Source: Nitrospinaceae bacterium (GTDB lineage: Bacteria > Nitrospinota > Nitrospinia > Nitrospinales > Nitrospinaceae). From it: DNA of 64,000 bases. How positions within the stretch are numbered: the stretch's first letter is position 1; each line of letters begins with the position of its first letter. The notes beneath the pieces were generated by a model, which did no database searches, was not told where the DNA came from, and saw only the letters and a list, made by a program, of their open reading frames with translations. The stretch covers positions 704,001 through 768,000 of the forward strand of contig OZ250172.1 of NCBI GenBank assembly GCA_965237905.1, written 5' to 3'. The position numbers and the translations under genes are program-made. Shown in pieces: positions 50,192-59,913 of this stretch.

Positions 50192-51498
50192 GAGGCGGCG
50201 TTGGCCTTTTTAACCTTCACCTTGAGGCCGTTGACTTTTTCCACCACCACGGTTTCGCCTTCGGCGATGGCGCCGTCACACACAGCGGACCATAATTCTC
50301 CATGCACGTAGACAGTGCCTTCCGGGTCCAGCATTTCTTTCGCCACGCCGGTCGCGCCGATCATTCCTTCCGCTCCACTGGTCGCTTTCAGTTGGGCGGA
50401 TTTAGTGGCCAGGTACAGGGTGCCCAGCGCGATCAGGACGCTGGTGAACAGCGTCGGGTACAGTACCGAACGGGATATCTGCATGGCGGGGTCGTCGGTG
50501 TCGATCAGCATAAGCGACCCAAGGGCAATGGAAACGACCCCTCCCGCGGACAGAAGACCAAATGTCGGGGTGTTCAGTTCGGCGATGAACAGGATGCCGC
50601 CCAGCAGGATGAGCAGGAGGCCCGCGTAATTGATCGGCAGGGTCTGCATGGCGTACAGGGCGAGGATCATGCTGATGCCGCCCAGGATACCGGGCAGGAT
50701 GAGGCCGGGATTGGACAGCTCGAAATACAATCCCACCAGCCCGATCATCATCAGGATATACGCGATGTTGGGATTGGAGATGGTGTCCAGAATATTTTCA
50801 CGGGGCGACATTTTGTGATACACGATGGCCTTGCCTTTGGTGGACAGGGTCACCTTGGCATCGTCGATCATTTTAATTTCGCGGCCGTCGACGGCCAACA
50901 CCAGCGCCTCGACGTTGTTGGCGACCAGATCGATGACGGCGAGTTTTTTGGCTTCCACAGCGGAGATGGAAACGCTTTTCCGGACCGCCTGTTCCGCCCA
51001 GAAGGCGTTGCGCCCGCGCGTTTCAGCGAGGGAGCGGATATAGGCCGACGCGTCATTGAGGATTTTTTCTTCCATGGGGGAAGGCTCTTTCGGGTCACCC
51101 TCCTCACCTCCCATGAGATTGACCGGATGCGCGGCGCCGATGTTGGTGCCCGGCGCCATCGCCGCGATATGCGAAGCGATGATGATGAACGTTCCCGCCG
51201 ATGCGCCACGGGATCCGCTCGGGGCGATAAACGTCGCCACTGGAATCTTCGACATTTGAATGGACTTGATGATCTGGCGCATGGACGTATCCAGACCGCC
51301 CGGCGTATCCATGCGGATAATGATCAACTCCTCCTGGGCGGCATTGGCGTCTTTGATTTCCGTGCTGACGAATTCAGCAACTACAGGATTGATGGCGCCG
51401 GAGACTTCGACCACCACAACCTGGTCCTCCGCCCACGCCGTGGTGGACAGCAATACGGTACCGATGACACATCCTATGAACCATTTTTTCCAGATCAT
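50188..51498 (-). CDS. nfeD: NfeD family membrane-bound ClpP-class protease (long form)
   Basis: DTPGG, ASAGTF, MAPGTNIGAAHP, TM region, C-terminal OB domain (VYVHGELWSA). Confidence 0.92.
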   Translation of the reverse strand: MIWKKWFIGCVIGTVLLSTTAWAEDQVVVVEVSGAINPVVAEFVSTEIKDANAAQEELIIIRMDTPGGLDTSMRQIIKSIQMSKIPVATFIAPSGSRGASAGTFIIIASHIAAMAPGTNIGAAHPVNLMGGEEGDPKEPSPMEEKILNDASAYIRSLAETRGRNAFWAEQAVRKSVSISAVEAKKLAVIDLVANNVEALVLAVDGREIKMIDDAKVTLSTKGKAIVYHKMSPRENILDTISNPNIAYILMMIGLVGLYFELSNPGLILPGILGGISMILALYAMQTLPINYAGLLLILLGGILFIAELNTPTFGLLSAGGVVSIALGSLMLIDTDDPAMQISRSVLYPTLFTSVLIALGTLYLATKSAQLKATSGAEGMIGATGVAKEMLDPEGTVYVHGELWSAVCDGAIAEGETVVVEKVNGLKVKVKKANAAS

Positions 51499-51670
51499 AA
51501 TCCCTCAAGAATAAAGTATTGAATACTATCATTTTTTCAGACCCTACCCGTAAAGTCAAACGGATTCGCTGGTCCATAATGGCAATTCCCAACCGTTTTT
51601 TATTTTAATTCATCCGGCAGGGGTTTGATGATAAACTAGACTGACTGATTATCGCCAGCCAAGAGGATTT

Positions 51671-52081
51671 ATGGATTACAAAACCGTTTTTATTGTCGAC
51701 CCCATCAAAGGTGAGCGCCTGCAGTTGGCGAAGCTCCTGAAGCAGGAGAAAATCACCATCTCCGGGTTCGTCAAGCTGACGGACTGTTTCAAGAAGAACA
51801 ATCCGCTGAAATGCGATGTTGTGGTTTATGTCCTGCGAACGGGCCGGGCCGAGTTGAAGGAACTCAACAAGGTGAACCACCGTGAAAAAAATATTCCCTT
51901 TGTCATTGTGACGAGCCCCGACACTGCCGAGATCGAACTGGACGAATGGAAGAAAAAGGGGTTTAAGTCCATCGACCTGGCCATCAACAAAGAAAATGCC
52001 AAGGAAATCACCTATAATTTAATATCACCGGATGGACCGGTTCCGGAACGCAAACCCCTGCAAGCGGTTCCTCTGCCCTGA
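51671..52081 (+). CDS. Degenerate receiver-domain-like protein
   Basis: TVFIVD...L..LL, DVVVY, IPFVIVT pattern; GAGG RBS. Confidence 0.65.
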   Translation: MDYKTVFIVDPIKGERLQLAKLLKQEKITISGFVKLTDCFKKNNPLKCDVVVYVLRTGRAELKELNKVNHREKNIPFVIVTSPDTAEIELDEWKKKGFKSIDLAINKENAKEITYNLISPDGPVPERKPLQAVPLP

Positions 52082-52116
52082 CGGCGTGATCCCGTCTCTT
52101 CCAACGTATTGACACT

Positions 52117-52956
52117 ATGACTTCACCCTCAGCTCAAACACGTACAATAAAAATCGGCCCCCTGACCATCGGCGGCGGTAACCCCATCGTAGTCATCGCC
52201 GGACCCTGCGTGATCGAATCGGAAAAGCACGCGTTGAAAACCGCCGAACAACTGAAACGGATTTTTGCCGATGCACAAATCCCGTTCATCTATAAATCGT
52301 CCTATGATAAGGCCAACCGGTCGTCCATCAAATCGTTCCGCGGCCCCGGCCTGAAAGATGGCCTGAGAATTCTGCACAAGGTGAAAGAGGAATTGGACCT
52401 GCCGATCCTCTCGGACATCCACAAGGAAGAAGAGGTGGACCCGGCGGCGGCGGTACTGGACATACTACAAATCCCCGCCTTCCTGTGCCGGCAGACCGAC
52501 CTCGTCGTTAAGGCCGCCAAGTCGGGAAAACCGGTCAACGTGAAAAAGGGACAATTCCTCGCACCGTGGGACATGAAAAACGTAGTCGACAAAATCAAGG
52601 AGTGCGGCAACGAAGATATCATGATCACCGAACGCGGCTTCATGTTCGGATACAACAACATGGTGGTCGATATGCGGTCGCTGGTGCTGATGCGCGAGTT
52701 CGGCTACCCGGTGGTGTTCGACTGCACCCACAGCCTGCAACTGCCGGGCGGACAGGGCACGACCTCCGGCGGCCAACGCGAACTGGTGCCTCACCTGACA
52801 CGCGGCGCAGTGGCAGTGGGATGCGACATGCTGTTCATGGAAGCGCACCCCGACCCCGACAACGCGCCGTCCGACGGACCCAACATGCTCAAGTTCGACA
52901 CGCTCCCCGCTCTCTTGAAACAGATCAAGGACCTGGACCAGCTACGCTTGCAATAA
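52117..52956 (+). CDS. kdsA: KDO-8-phosphate synthase
   Basis: [40 protein letters not shown]. Confidence 0.98.
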   Translation: MTSPSAQTRTIKIGPLTIGGGNPIVVIAGPCVIESEKHALKTAEQLKRIFADAQIPFIYKSSYDKANRSSIKSFRGPGLKDGLRILHKVKEELDLPILSDIHKEEEVDPAAAVLDILQIPAFLCRQTDLVVKAAKSGKPVNVKKGQFLAPWDMKNVVDKIKECGNEDIMITERGFMFGYNNMVVDMRSLVLMREFGYPVVFDCTHSLQLPGGQGTTSGGQRELVPHLTRGAVAVGCDMLFMEAHPDPDNAPSDGPNMLKFDTLPALLKQIKDLDQLRLQ

Positions 52957-52984
52957 CCTTCTGTCCAACCGGAGTTGCCATACC

Positions 52985-53944
52985 ATGCGCCTCTCCATCA
53001 AACAATTTGTTTTCATTCTATTAGTGTTCGTCCTTTTACCAGCGTCAACGCTTGCGCAAAATTCGGGCGACTGGAAACTTCTGCCGCCGACGCCCACCGC
53101 CCGCACCGAAGTGGCGGTGGTCAACCATCAGGACAAAATTTATCTCATCGGCGGCTTCACACCCAATGGCATCACCGATCAGGTGGAGGTGTACGATCCG
53201 AAAACAAAGAGCTGGTCGAAAGCCGCCCCCCTGCCCGCTCCCCGGCACCACACCACGGCGGTTTCAATAAACGGGAGAATTTATGTGATCGGAGGATTTT
53301 CGTCGGGCATGTGGACACCGGTCAATACCACCTACGCTTACGATGCGTCCAAGAATGAATGGACGCAACAGGCGCCCATGCCGACGGAACGCGGCGCGCT
53401 GGCGGTGGGAGTGATCGACGGCAAAATCTACGCGGTGGGCGGGGCACTTAAAAAATTCTTTCGCCTGAAAAACACCGATGCCAACGAAGTGTACGATCCG
53501 AAAACCAACACCTGGAAAAAATTAACCCCCATCCCTACCCCGCGTGACCATCTTACTGTGTCCGTGGCAAACGGATTGCTGTACGCCATCGGCGGGCGCG
53601 TCAACGTCAACTACAATCACAACCTCAACGCCAACGAAGCCTACGATCCCAAATCCAACCAATGGAAAACGCGCGCACCGTTACCAACGGCACGCTCCGG
53701 CATCACTTCGCAATATGTTAAAGGAAAAATTTATGTGTTCGGCGGCGAGTCGGGTGAAGGTACCTTCAACGAAAACGAAGCATTCGATCCGAAGGCGAAT
53801 CAATGGACCACTATGCCGCCCATGCCGAAATCTTGTCATGGACTTGGCTCAGCAGTGGTGAACGGCGCGATCCATCTCCTGAACGGCGGACCCCACCCCG
53901 GCGGTGGTGGCAGTACCTACCACCAAATGTTCACGCCGAACTGA
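52985..53944 (+). CDS. Exported kelch-repeat beta-propeller protein
   Basis: Signal peptide; six IY..GG...YDP....W repeats. Confidence 0.93.
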   Translation: MRLSIKQFVFILLVFVLLPASTLAQNSGDWKLLPPTPTARTEVAVVNHQDKIYLIGGFTPNGITDQVEVYDPKTKSWSKAAPLPAPRHHTTAVSINGRIYVIGGFSSGMWTPVNTTYAYDASKNEWTQQAPMPTERGALAVGVIDGKIYAVGGALKKFFRLKNTDANEVYDPKTNTWKKLTPIPTPRDHLTVSVANGLLYAIGGRVNVNYNHNLNANEAYDPKSNQWKTRAPLPTARSGITSQYVKGKIYVFGGESGEGTFNENEAFDPKANQWTTMPPMPKSCHGLGSAVVNGAIHLLNGGPHPGGGGSTYHQMFTPN

Positions 53945-53972
53945 TTTAAGGTAAAGGGAAGCAGGTTTACGA

Positions 53973-54461
53973 TCAATATCTTGAAGTATCGAGATCGGTT
54001 ATTTTGATTTCCCAGGATTTCACCTTCCATTTTTTTTCCACGGTAACTGTCAGGAAGGACTCTGACTTGGGTTGGATCACCCAACCATATTTCGTATCTG
54101 ATTCTGTAAAGACCACATCACCCTTCTCGTCAGTTCCAATGAGACTGATTTTAGCATTCTCCCATTTATAGTCCGTCCCATTCTTAACCTTGTAGGTGAT
54201 TGCATCCTTCTTTTTATCATCACTGGTAACCACTTTTACAAGTTCCACCGTAAATTGACTTTGATACTGTGTGTATTTCTGAGGATTAAGATACGAGTCT
54301 CTTAAATCCAAACTACTCCAATACAAAAATCCAAAAAAGGGTATGAGTAAAAGCCAACTAATATTTTGAGGATTCCTATACCACTTCTGAAATGCCCTAC
54401 AATGAGAGCATTTGTAAGCTTCGTCTGGTATTTCCTTTTGGCAGGCTTTACAAGGCTTCAT
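53973..54461 (-). CDS. Hypothetical zinc-ribbon plus TM protein, AT-rich orphan
   Basis: CKAC...CSHC, one TM helix, beta-rich C-terminus; AAGGAG RBS. Confidence 0.8.
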   Translation of the reverse strand: MKPCKACQKEIPDEAYKCSHCRAFQKWYRNPQNISWLLLIPFFGFLYWSSLDLRDSYLNPQKYTQYQSQFTVELVKVVTSDDKKKDAITYKVKNGTDYKWENAKISLIGTDEKGDVVFTESDTKYGWVIQPKSESFLTVTVEKKWKVKSWEIKITDLDTSRY

Positions 54462-54542
54462 AGTCTCTCCTTTAGCCTAAGATTGCGAATTATCCCTTAT
54501 GCTTCATAGGATAACGTCCATTTCTCAAATGACACCTGAATT

Positions 54543-54920
54543 TTACCGGCAGTTGGATTCGACGATTTCCTGCGGGTTGGCGATGGTTTTGCACAGAAAC
54601 GAGGGTTCGTAGTCCCAGAGCTCTGAGGGTAAAGTTTCGCCCGGTGGCAGGGAATAGACAATCACTTCGTTGTGCAGGGCGTGGGCGGCCTTCTTCGCGG
54701 CGGTTGTATTGATGCGGGCAAAGTTTCGCGGCTGACTCTTCCAACTGATGAAAACCGTATGCTCGTAGAACTTGACCCACGCGACTTCCGGCACGCTATG
54801 CAGATAGGTCAATGTCTCGTCCAATATCTGCCACGGTGGACGCTTGTCCCGCGCTTCTGCGTTGAGTGGTATCCATAGAATCAGCAGTACCGAAAAAACA
54901 AGCAAAACTTTCCGATTCAA
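54543..54920 (-). CDS. Hypothetical exported protein
   Basis: TTG start after AAGGAG gives signal MNRKVLLVFSVLLILWIPLNAEA. Confidence 0.7.
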   Translation of the reverse strand: MNRKVLLVFSVLLILWIPLNAEARDKRPPWQILDETLTYLHSVPEVAWVKFYEHTVFISWKSQPRNFARINTTAAKKAAHALHNEVIVYSLPPGETLPSELWDYEPSFLCKTIANPQEIVESNCR

Positions 54921-54933
54921 ATTTTCTCCTTCT

Positions 54934-55680
54934 TCAAAACTTTTTTTCCTTAATTTCAAAGTACTGTCTTAAAAATTCGGTTAAATTCGCCGTAGCCAGT
55001 TTAGCCTGCTTACCGAGATCGATCATGCCTTTGAGGTCGCCGGGATGGGTGAGAACATGCCAGCTGGCTTTCAGTTTCGACACGTCTCCGTTCTCTGCCA
55101 CCAGATGGGAACAGTCGATCAACTCCTGATCCGCGGTGTCGGTGATGGCCCTCACCGAAATAAAAGGAAGGTTACGCGTTTGTGCCTCCTCTGCCAGAGC
55201 CGAGGTTTCCATATCCACGGCCACCGCGGAATATTTTTCTCTCAGCTCCTTCTTTTCCTGCGGCGTTGCCGCTATGCGGTCGACCGTCAACAGGATTCTC
55301 TGGCGTACTGCCTCTGTTGTATTAAATATTTCCTTATCTAATGAATAGGTTTTCATCTCCTCGGCAGGCCCGGCAGAATCCATCCCAACAACTTTATCGG
55401 CTACCACCAGGTCGCCGACCTCCAGGGAGGGGTCCAGTGCTCCGGCATAGCCGATGGAAATCACTTCCTTCAAATCCCATTTATCGGCAATTTCAACCAG
55501 TGCCCGCCGCGCCCGTTCACGTCCCATGCCGGAACGCACAAGAACGATAGGCACACCCCGCCACTCGCCAACAAAGGCGTTGCCGGTTTGCCAGCTCAGG
55601 GTGTGGGTCATCTGCATCTCTTTTTTGATGCCGGCGATTTCATCCTTAATGGCGCCGATAATGGCGATTCGTGATCCCAT
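54934..55680 (-). CDS. Nucleoside phosphorylase family protein (HpnG/MTA nucleosidase-like)
   Basis: IAIIGA..E, SGMG, IGYAGAL...GD, AVDMETSA, VRAITD. Confidence 0.88.
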   Translation of the reverse strand: MGSRIAIIGAIKDEIAGIKKEMQMTHTLSWQTGNAFVGEWRGVPIVLVRSGMGRERARRALVEIADKWDLKEVISIGYAGALDPSLEVGDLVVADKVVGMDSAGPAEEMKTYSLDKEIFNTTEAVRQRILLTVDRIAATPQEKKELREKYSAVAVDMETSALAEEAQTRNLPFISVRAITDTADQELIDCSHLVAENGDVSKLKASWHVLTHPGDLKGMIDLGKQAKLATANLTEFLRQYFEIKEKKF

Positions 55681-55783
55681 CTTTAAATTGTACCCGTTGT
55701 CGTCTTGTGAAAAAATTTTATTTTAGGCAAAGCCGGGGGCCTGTGCTATCTTTCTCCCTCTTTCACCCCGAACCGAAAGCCCT

Positions 55784-57157
55784 ATGCCCAAGGAAAAACA
55801 GACCATACCCGTCACCATCGGCGATCAGCTGGAGCTTAAGGTGGAGACCCTCGCCTCCAGCGGAGACGGCCTGTGCCGTCACGAGGGATACACGCTGTTC
55901 GTGCCGACGGGACTCCCCGGAGACGTCGTCAAGTGCGAAATCGTGAAGACCACCCCGCGCTTCGGCGTGGCGTGCGCGATCCTCTTCTACCAACAATCGA
56001 AGGACCGGGTGGAAGCGCCCTGCGCGGTATTTCCGGAATGCGGCGGGTGCAAGCTCCAGCATTTGAATTACGACTCACAGATGGCGTTCAAGGCGCAGTC
56101 TGTCACCGACGCGCTGGAGCGCATCGGGAAAATAGAGATTCCCGTGCCCATCGAGACCGTGCCCGCCGAGCATGCCCTACACTACCGCAACAAAGGAAGC
56201 TTCGCGCTGAGCCACCGCAGGGGGAAACCGCGCATCGGTTTCTATAAAGAGGGCACGCACGAAGTGGTGGACTCAAATACCTGCGACACCGTGCTGGAGC
56301 CCATCAACGCCATCAAGGAATGGGTGCGCGGCCTGATGCAACAAAACCGCCTCTCCATCTACCACGAGAAAAATCATAAGGGACTGATGCGCGGACTGGT
56401 GGTGCGCCACTCTCCGGAAACTGGAGAAAGTCTACTCGGCTTCGTGACCACCACCGGGGAATTTCCGCCCAAGTTTACCGAACAACTGTTGAACCGGAAA
56501 AGTCTGATCGACCTCGGTATCGTCGGCGTGGTGCGCAACATCAACAACATAAAAACCAACGTGATCTTCGGCAATAGAACCGAGAAACTGTGGGGACAGG
56601 ATTTCCTGACCGACCGCCTTGGCGATCTGGAATTCCAGCTCTCGCTCACCTCGTTCTTTCAGGTGAACCCGTTTCAAACGGTGAAGCTGTACGACAGTAT
56701 TAAAGAATGGGTTCTTCAGAAACCAGGTCCGGTGGTGGACGCGTATTGCGGCAACGGCGGCATCAGCTTGTGGCTGGCGAAGGCGGGCATTGGCGTGACC
56801 GGGGTGGACGATTCCGCCGCGTCGGTGGCGGATGCCAAAGAAAGCGCGAAGCGCAACAACCTGCCCAACTGCCGGTTCGTACAGGGCACTTTCGAAAGAT
56901 TTCTGGAAGATACCGACGCCATTGATCCGGCGCAAACCCTCATCGTCGACCCGCCGCGCAAGGGTTGTTCCGAGCAGGTGATTAACGCCATTCCAAAACT
57001 GAACGTCGAACGATTGATCTACGTCTCGTGCAATCCCGCCACACTGGCGCGGGATCTGGCGCGGCTGACCGATTACAGCATCAAGGCGATTAAAGTGATC
57101 GACATGTTCCCGCAAACCGCCCATGTCGAAACAGCCGTCCTCCTGGAACGAACTTAG
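55784..57157 (+). CDS. rlmD: 23S rRNA (uracil-1939-C5)-methyltransferase
   Basis: TRAM domain, C..F..CGGC, FFQVN, VDPPRKG, YVSCNPATLARD, DMFPQT.HVE. Confidence 0.93.
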   Translation: MPKEKQTIPVTIGDQLELKVETLASSGDGLCRHEGYTLFVPTGLPGDVVKCEIVKTTPRFGVACAILFYQQSKDRVEAPCAVFPECGGCKLQHLNYDSQMAFKAQSVTDALERIGKIEIPVPIETVPAEHALHYRNKGSFALSHRRGKPRIGFYKEGTHEVVDSNTCDTVLEPINAIKEWVRGLMQQNRLSIYHEKNHKGLMRGLVVRHSPETGESLLGFVTTTGEFPPKFTEQLLNRKSLIDLGIVGVVRNINNIKTNVIFGNRTEKLWGQDFLTDRLGDLEFQLSLTSFFQVNPFQTVKLYDSIKEWVLQKPGPVVDAYCGNGGISLWLAKAGIGVTGVDDSAASVADAKESAKRNNLPNCRFVQGTFERFLEDTDAIDPAQTLIVDPPRKGCSEQVINAIPKLNVERLIYVSCNPATLARDLARLTDYSIKAIKVIDMFPQTAHVETAVLLERT

Positions 57158-57171
57158 CCTGAAAAAAATTT

Positions 57172-57348
57172 GACAGGATAACAGGATGAGAATCAAAAAA
57201 AACATAGATCCTTCGCTTCGCTCAGGATGACAAACTGTACCGATTTGTCATTCTGAGGAGCGTTAGCGACGAAGAATCTGTGTTTTGTTTTTATCCTGTT
57301 ATCCTGTCTGCTTAAGGTTTTCTCTGTGGCCTCTGCGTTCTCTGCAGT
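57172..57348. repeat. Nested palindromic composite C
   Basis: Outer IR GACAGGATAACAGGAT (57172-57187) / ATCCTGTTATCCTGTC (57293-57308); inner IR about 57200-57234 / 57244-57286; 9-mer module 57312-57348. Confidence 0.92.
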
Positions 57349-57364
57349 AAAAAATGAGAGCCGC

Positions 57365-58762
57365 TTAAAACCCGGCATGTTTGGGGGTGCGGGGGAAGGG
57401 AATGACGTCGCGGATGTTTTCGACGCCGGTGGTGAACTGCACCAGACGTTCGAATCCCAAACCAAAACCGGAATGCGGCGCGGAACCGAACCGGCGCAGA
57501 TCGAGATACCACCCGTACTCTTCTGGGTCCAGTTCCTTTTCTTTGATGCGCTTCATCAGCGTATCGTAATCATCCTCACGCTGACTGCCGCCAATGATCT
57601 CGCCCAGCCGAGGCAGAAGCACATCCATCGCGCGCACGGTTTCGCCACCCTCATTGAGCTTCATGTAGAACGGTTTGATGGTCTCCGGATAGTTATAGAT
57701 AATCACCGGTTTCTTGAACACCTTTTCGGCGAGGTAACGTTCGTGTTCGGCCTGCAGGTTGCATCCCCACTCCACCGAATACTCGAACTTTTCGCTGGAT
57801 TTTTCGAGCAGGCGAATCGCCTCGGAATACGGGAGCCGTTCGAAGTCGTGACTCACCACCTGATTCAGCGTTTCGAGTAGATGTTTGTCGACACGTTCAT
57901 TGAAAAATTCGAGATCGCCGGTGCAATGCTCCAGTACATCGTTGAACAAAAACTGGAGAAACTCCTGTGCCAGCTCCATATTGTCATCGAGATCGTAAAA
58001 CGCCATTTCCGGTTCGATCATCCAGAATTCTGCGAGGTGTCTACTGGTATTCGAGTTTTCGGCGCGGAACGTCGGGCCGAAGGTGTAAACCAGCGACAAG
58101 GCCATGGCGTAAATTTCAGCTTCCAGTTGACCGCTCACGGTGAGGCTGGTCTTCTTGCCGAAGAAATCTTCACTGTAATCGATTTTCCCATCGCTCTTCG
58201 GAGGGTTGGTCATATCCAGCGTCGTTACTTGAAACATTTCCCCCGCGCCTTCGCAATCGCTCGTGGTAATAATCGGCGTGTGCAGGTACAGGAATCCGCG
58301 CTCGTTGAAGAAGCGGTGGATGGAATAGGACAAGCGGTTGCGCACGCGCATCACTGCGCCGATGGTGTTGGTGCGGGGCCGCAGGTGGGAAATCTCCCGT
58401 AAGTACTCCAGTGAGTGAAATTTCTTCTGCAGGGGATAGTGTTCCGGATCGGCGGAACCATGCACCTCAATGGACGTCGCCTGCACTTCCACCGACTGGC
58501 CTTTGCCCTGCGATGCCACCAGATTGCCATGAATGGACACGCAACTGCCGGTGGTCAGCGGCTTGTCCCAATCCTTGAAGGAGTCGAGTTTATGATCGGC
58601 GATAATCTGGATATTCTTCAGGCACGACCCATCGTTGGCCTCAATAAACGAAAACCCGCCCTTGGAGTCGCGCCGCGTCCGCACCCATCCCTGCACCAGA
58701 ATGCCGTCGCGCGGTTTGTCCGTCAGCAGGGCTTTCACTGTATCGCGCTTCTTCTTTGCCAT
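57365..58762 (-). CDS. asnS: Asparagine--tRNA ligase
   Basis: [54 protein letters not shown]. Confidence 0.98.
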   Translation of the reverse strand: MAKKKRDTVKALLTDKPRDGILVQGWVRTRRDSKGGFSFIEANDGSCLKNIQIIADHKLDSFKDWDKPLTTGSCVSIHGNLVASQGKGQSVEVQATSIEVHGSADPEHYPLQKKFHSLEYLREISHLRPRTNTIGAVMRVRNRLSYSIHRFFNERGFLYLHTPIITTSDCEGAGEMFQVTTLDMTNPPKSDGKIDYSEDFFGKKTSLTVSGQLEAEIYAMALSLVYTFGPTFRAENSNTSRHLAEFWMIEPEMAFYDLDDNMELAQEFLQFLFNDVLEHCTGDLEFFNERVDKHLLETLNQVVSHDFERLPYSEAIRLLEKSSEKFEYSVEWGCNLQAEHERYLAEKVFKKPVIIYNYPETIKPFYMKLNEGGETVRAMDVLLPRLGEIIGGSQREDDYDTLMKRIKEKELDPEEYGWYLDLRRFGSAPHSGFGLGFERLVQFTTGVENIRDVIPFPRTPKHAGF

Positions 58763-58866
58763 TGGGTAACCGCTCCCTTCGTTGATTGCCGGTGCCTACT
58801 ATAAGCCCTTTTTCGATTGCTTGGAAAGGACAAATTTTGCGGACAGGCCCCCAACCACAACCGCCA

Positions 58867-58895
58867 TTGACAAGACCGGCCTTTTTCGATATTTT
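58867..58895 (+). promoter_or_regulatory. Sigma70-type promoter for yggT-divIVA
   Basis: TTGACA-17 nt-TATTTT. Confidence 0.55.
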
Positions 58896-58977
58896 AAGTC
58901 AGCATCACCGTTCCATTTAGAAAAACTCTTTTAGTTATAAATATTTATGGCCTTCACAGGCCGATAGGAAGCCCAGC

Positions 58978-59280
58978 GTGTCCAGTTATTTGTCGTTATT
59001 TTTACATGCCCTTGCGCAAGTGTTGTATATCGCATTAAATATCTATATGTGGGTTATCATTGCCCGTGCGCTGATATCCTGGGTGAACCCCGATCCCTAC
59101 AATCCGATCGTGCGATTTTTACACAGTATCACGGAGCCGGTTCTTTACCGCGTCCGCAAAGCGGTGCCGATGCATGGGATAGGTCTCGATTTATCGCCCA
59201 TCCTCGTGATATTGACAATTTATTTTCTGCAAATTTTTCTGGTAGGCTCTCTTGAACACGCCTCCATATCTCTGCGTTAA
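58978..59280 (+). CDS. yggT: YggT family membrane protein
   Basis: ISWVNPDPYNPIVRFL..ITEP, LDLSP. Confidence 0.93.
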   Translation: MSSYLSLFLHALAQVLYIALNIYMWVIIARALISWVNPDPYNPIVRFLHSITEPVLYRVRKAVPMHGIGLDLSPILVILTIYFLQIFLVGSLEHASISLR

Positions 59281-59283
59281 CCT

Positions 59284-59712
59284 ATGAGACTTGATTACGA
59301 CAGCATTCTGAAACAAACCTTTAAAAAGTCCTTGCGTGGCTACAGTAAGGAGGAAGTTCAGGACTTTCTCAAAATTGTGGCGAAGGATTTCAAGGAAATG
59401 AAGCGGGATCTCGCGCGCTTGCGGGAAGAATTGAACCTGAAGGACCGGCAAGTCCGGGAGCTGGATGAGGCACTGTCCTCCGGGAAGACCCGGCAGACGC
59501 CCAACTTTGAAAGCTTTCGCTCGTCTCTTCAGGAAAAGGCGCGGAAGTTTGTGAACCAGGCCCGCGATGAAGCTGACCAGCACAGACGAAAAGTTGAATC
59601 CGAAGTCAACCATCTTCAAGGTGACATCCGCCGCCTGAAAGCGGAGAGACAGCATTTGATCGACAACCTCAAGGCCGCCACCAAGTCCTTCACCAACTCG
59701 CGAAACAAATAG
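59284..59712 (+). CDS. DivIVA domain protein
   Basis: F.KSLRGYSKEEVQDFL followed by coiled coil. Confidence 0.9.
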   Translation: MRLDYDSILKQTFKKSLRGYSKEEVQDFLKIVAKDFKEMKRDLARLREELNLKDRQVRELDEALSSGKTRQTPNFESFRSSLQEKARKFVNQARDEADQHRRKVESEVNHLQGDIRRLKAERQHLIDNLKAATKSFTNSRNK

Positions 59713-59817
59713 AGGCCGACCCTCTGGCGAGGGAGGCAACAGGCTGACCGTTAATGACAATCAATGGGTCTGGGGCGCAACTTAATATTTTAAAGTTCGC
59801 CCCGCGCGAAGCGGCCT
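59713..59817 (+). repeat. 68-nt dispersed element, copy 1, with extended hairpins (candidate structured RNA)
   Basis: Core 59713-59780 matches the reverse complement of 26482-26549; further stems GGGGCG...CGCCCC and AGGCCG...CGGCCT. Confidence 0.85.
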
Positions 59818-59913
59818 GACGGGGAGGGGAAACTTGCTAACCGTTGATGGCTTGCGATGATCTCCACGCGCAATTTAAAAATGGGTCCAGCGTCACGCTG
59901 GTCCGGCGGATTC

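Noticed and set aside
50302..51522. 406-aa + strand ORF
   Set aside because: Antisense shadow of nfeD.
54520..54542. Possible decayed duplicate of the kelch gene 3' end (CAAATG..CAC..GAA)
   Set aside because: Too short and gapped to distinguish from chance.
45741..57348. CRISPR array interpretation of the repeats
   Set aside because: Repeats are inverted and dispersed, with no regular repeat-spacer periodicity and no cas genes.
57193..57512. Short ORFs over composite C (e.g. ...VILSEAKDL..., TQRPQR)
   Set aside because: Spurious translations of palindromic repeats; 45900-46148 likewise begins in composite A.
59713..59913. RNase P RNA, tmRNA, T-box or known riboswitch after divIVA
   Set aside because: Too short and lacks the diagnostic motifs (GAGGAAAGUCC, tRNA-like ends, T-box sequence).
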